From the NCBI GenBank assembly GCA_963749915.1, contig CAVVOP010000022.1, positions 160,001 to 224,000 on the forward strand: DNA of 64,000 nt, in the 5' to 3' direction. The number at the start of each line of letters is the position of its first letter. Within the stretch, counting starts at the first letter, position 1. The DNA comes from an uncultured cyanobacterium (lineage in GTDB: Bacteria > Cyanobacteriota > Cyanobacteriia > Cyanobacteriales > Cyanobacteriaceae). Below are positions 61,570-64,000 of the stretch, in pieces. The notes beneath the pieces were generated by a model. The model was given only the letters and a program-made list of their open reading frames with translations. It ran no database searches and was not told the DNA's origin. Both the position numbers and the translations under genes were made by a program.

Positions 61570-62622
61570 ATGAGTAGTGAGTTTCGAGAATTATTAAAAA
61601 AAATCGGCAGTGGCACACATACCCATAAAAATTTAAGCCGTCAAGAAGCTAGTTTAGCCTTGGAGATGATGTTGACAGGAATTGCTACTCCCGCCCAAAT
61701 TGGAGCTTTTTTAATGGCCCATCGCATTAAACGCCCCACAGGGGAAGAATTGGCGGGAATGTTAGACACTTATACTAAGTTGAGCACAACTTTACCTGTT
61801 ATTAATAACTCTCAGTATCCCCTCACGATTCTCGGTATTCCTTACGATGGTAGAACAAGAAGTACTCCTATTTCCCCTATTACCACTTTAATTTTATCGA
61901 TGATGGGTGTTCCCGTGTTAATGCACGGCGGCACAAAAATGCCCACAAAATATGGCTTAACTTTGGCGGAAATTTGGGCAGGTTTAGGCATAAATGTGAC
62001 AAATTCATCATTAATTGGGGTAGAAAATCTCTTAAACAAGAGTAACTTTGGTTTTCTTTATTTACCGCAACATTTCCCCCTTGCTAATAAATTAGTACAA
62101 TATCGGGAAGAAATCGGCAAACGTCCTCCCATTGCCACTTTAGAGTTAATTTGGCAACCCTATGAAGGTAAAAGTCACCTCATGGCTGGTTATGTGCATC
62201 CTCCCACCGAAAAGATAATTAGAGAGGCTTTGAATTTAAGAGGAGTTGAAAAATTTACTTTAATTAAGGGTTTAGAAGGTAGTGGAGATTTAAAATTAGG
62301 GCAAACTAATATTATCGTTATTGACAGTGAAGAAAATGAACAAGGATACCAATACCTCAAAGTAAACCCCTACCATTATGAGTTAAAAGGCGATGATCCT
62401 GTGTTGTCTAATTATCAAGAATATTTTGCACAATTAGCCAAAACTATTAGGGGAGAAAAATCAACTTTAACTATTAGTAGTATTTTGAACGGTGGTTTTT
62501 ATCTTTGGCGCTGTGGCGTTACGGATTCTATGGAAAAAGGTTTAACTATCGCTGAAAACTTGATTATTCACGGCAAATTACAGAATCAGTTGGATAATAT
62601 TAAAAGTGTAAATAATTGTTAA
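61570..62622 (+). CDS. Anthranilate phosphoribosyltransferase-like (YbiB-type) protein
   Basis: PAQIGAFLMAHRIKRP, PYDGR, GYVHPP. Confidence 0.8.
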   Translation: MSSEFRELLKKIGSGTHTHKNLSRQEASLALEMMLTGIATPAQIGAFLMAHRIKRPTGEELAGMLDTYTKLSTTLPVINNSQYPLTILGIPYDGRTRSTPISPITTLILSMMGVPVLMHGGTKMPTKYGLTLAEIWAGLGINVTNSSLIGVENLLNKSNFGFLYLPQHFPLANKLVQYREEIGKRPPIATLELIWQPYEGKSHLMAGYVHPPTEKIIREALNLRGVEKFTLIKGLEGSGDLKLGQTNIIVIDSEENEQGYQYLKVNPYHYELKGDDPVLSNYQEYFAQLAKTIRGEKSTLTISSILNGGFYLWRCGVTDSMEKGLTIAENLIIHGKLQNQLDNIKSVNNC

Positions 62623-62626
62623 TTAT

Positions 62627-63556
62627 TTAACTTACTTTTAGACACATATTAAAAGAACAATAATTAAGGTTATTATTAAGTTCAGAGTTGATTATTCGGT
62701 GTAAAGTTTCTGGTAAAACAGTGCGATCTAAAAAAGAATTATTAAGGTTAGTATGAGCTAAATTTGCACCACTCAAATTGGCTTGGGATAAGTTTGTGTC
62801 ATCTAAAATTGCCCCTGTTAAGTTTGCCATTTCTAAATCTGCATTCTGTAAATTTGCACCTCTTAAATCTGCACCCTGTAAATTAACTCGACATAAACGT
62901 GCTTCTCGGAAATTCGCGTCCTGTAAATTCGCGTCCTGTAAATTTGCACCGCTCAACCTTGCACCATAAAAGTTAGCTTCGACTAAGCAACTATTAGTTA
63001 AATTAACGTCCTTCATGAAGGATCGAGTAAAGTTGGCCTGATATGCAGAACATTCTCTCATATTCGCACCACTTAATCTTGCTTCCTGAAAAATACTCCA
63101 ATTTAAGTTACTTTTTACCATATTTGCACCTCCTAAGTTAATACGATAAAGAGATGCACCACATAAATTTACTTCCGTTAAATCACCCTTCGCTAAATTA
63201 GCATGACTGAGATTTGCACCGCTTAATTGACTGTGGACAAATTGCGATCGCACCATAAAAGCACCAGTCAAATTAGCTTTGGTCAAGTCTGCCCAGTTGA
63301 AAATAGCTTCACTTAACTTAGCATAGGTGAAATCTGACCAATTAAGTTGAGTTTGGGTAAAATTAGATTTAGTCAAAAAAGCACGATTAAAGTTAACCCC
63401 AATTAATTTTGAGCCTTCTAAATTTAATGCAACTAAAACCGATTGTGCTAAATCTGCACTTTGTAGCTTAATTTCTTGAAATTCACGAATACCTTGTTCA
63501 TATTGACGCAAAAACTGGGACACTTTCATCTTTTTTACCTCTGTTGACCTCATCAA
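62627..63556 (-). CDS. Pentapeptide repeat protein
   Basis: Many A(N/D)Lxx repeats. Confidence 0.92.
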   Translation of the reverse strand: MMRSTEVKKMKVSQFLRQYEQGIREFQEIKLQSADLAQSVLVALNLEGSKLIGVNFNRAFLTKSNFTQTQLNWSDFTYAKLSEAIFNWADLTKANLTGAFMVRSQFVHSQLSGANLSHANLAKGDLTEVNLCGASLYRINLGGANMVKSNLNWSIFQEARLSGANMRECSAYQANFTRSFMKDVNLTNSCLVEANFYGARLSGANLQDANLQDANFREARLCRVNLQGADLRGANLQNADLEMANLTGAILDDTNLSQANLSGANLAHTNLNNSFLDRTVLPETLHRIINSELNNNLNYCSFNMCLKVS

Positions 63557-63868
63557 TATTTACAACAACATCATTTCAGTTTCTGTAAGAAAAAATACGA
63601 ATTAACTTTTCGTTAACCCAATTCTTTATTTAATTCTAATATCTGATGACTAGAGAAAGAGTAGATACCGTAATTACTCTTAATAAATATTTAATAATCT
63701 TCATTAAACCTCTTATTGCAAGGATCTGGGTATAGCAAGTGGATCCTTCTTTGTCAATTCTCCTCCATCATGGTTTAATGATTTAGCATTGGCAAATAAC
63801 TAATATATAATGTAGGTAACGGAATTTAAAGAAACTTAAAGAAAGTAAATATTATAGACACTGAGGGC

Positions 63869-64000
63869 ATGGAAAGAAAAAAATTAGTGGCGGTAATTAC
63901 GGGGATAATTTCAGTTTTATTAGGAGTTATCTATTTAGTGTTAGTACAGTTACTTGACTCCAGAGGTGCGATGATTCCCGCCCCCGTTACTGACTTATCT
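63869..64000 (+). CDS. Small membrane protein, 3' end runs off the window
   Basis: MERKKLVAVITGIISVLLGVIYLVLVQLLDSRGAMIPAP...; GAGG SD. Confidence 0.6.
   Translation, partial: MERKKLVAVITGIISVLLGVIYLVLVQLLDSRGAMIPAPVTDLS

Overview
AT-rich cyanobacterial chromosome segment (HIP1 octamer GCGATCGC, psbX, cpcT/cpcF, cp12, pipX; the protein style suggests Cyanobacterium/Geminocystis, which is an inference). The main accessory feature is a near-complete type V-K CRISPR-associated transposon (CAST) at about 3080-18137, inserted 9 bp after tRNA-Pro(GGG). In order it holds a left end, a delocalized 17-nt tRNA-homing spacer, a short eroding CRISPR array, an enlarged tracrRNA, cas12k, an unannotated divergent Arc/RHH regulator, cargo (a type I R-M system with a Schlafen/AlbA_2-HATPase gene between hsdS and hsdR, plus an HExxH protein), tniQ-tnsC-tnsB and a right end whose terminal CA is mutated. 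A group II intron HNH relic lies just outside the right end. The rest is mostly housekeeping (rpsF, ldh, nblS, an ECF sigma module, fba, queE, acnB, glgB, folB, nrdA, map, ctpA, desC, pipXY, aroQ, ATP synthase operon, cpcT/F, cp12). Exceptions are an apparently domesticated, catalytically dead IS6 transposase fused to a transmembrane helix (43697-44311), several small unannotated ORFs and dispersed repeats. All calls were made by eye; no searches were run.
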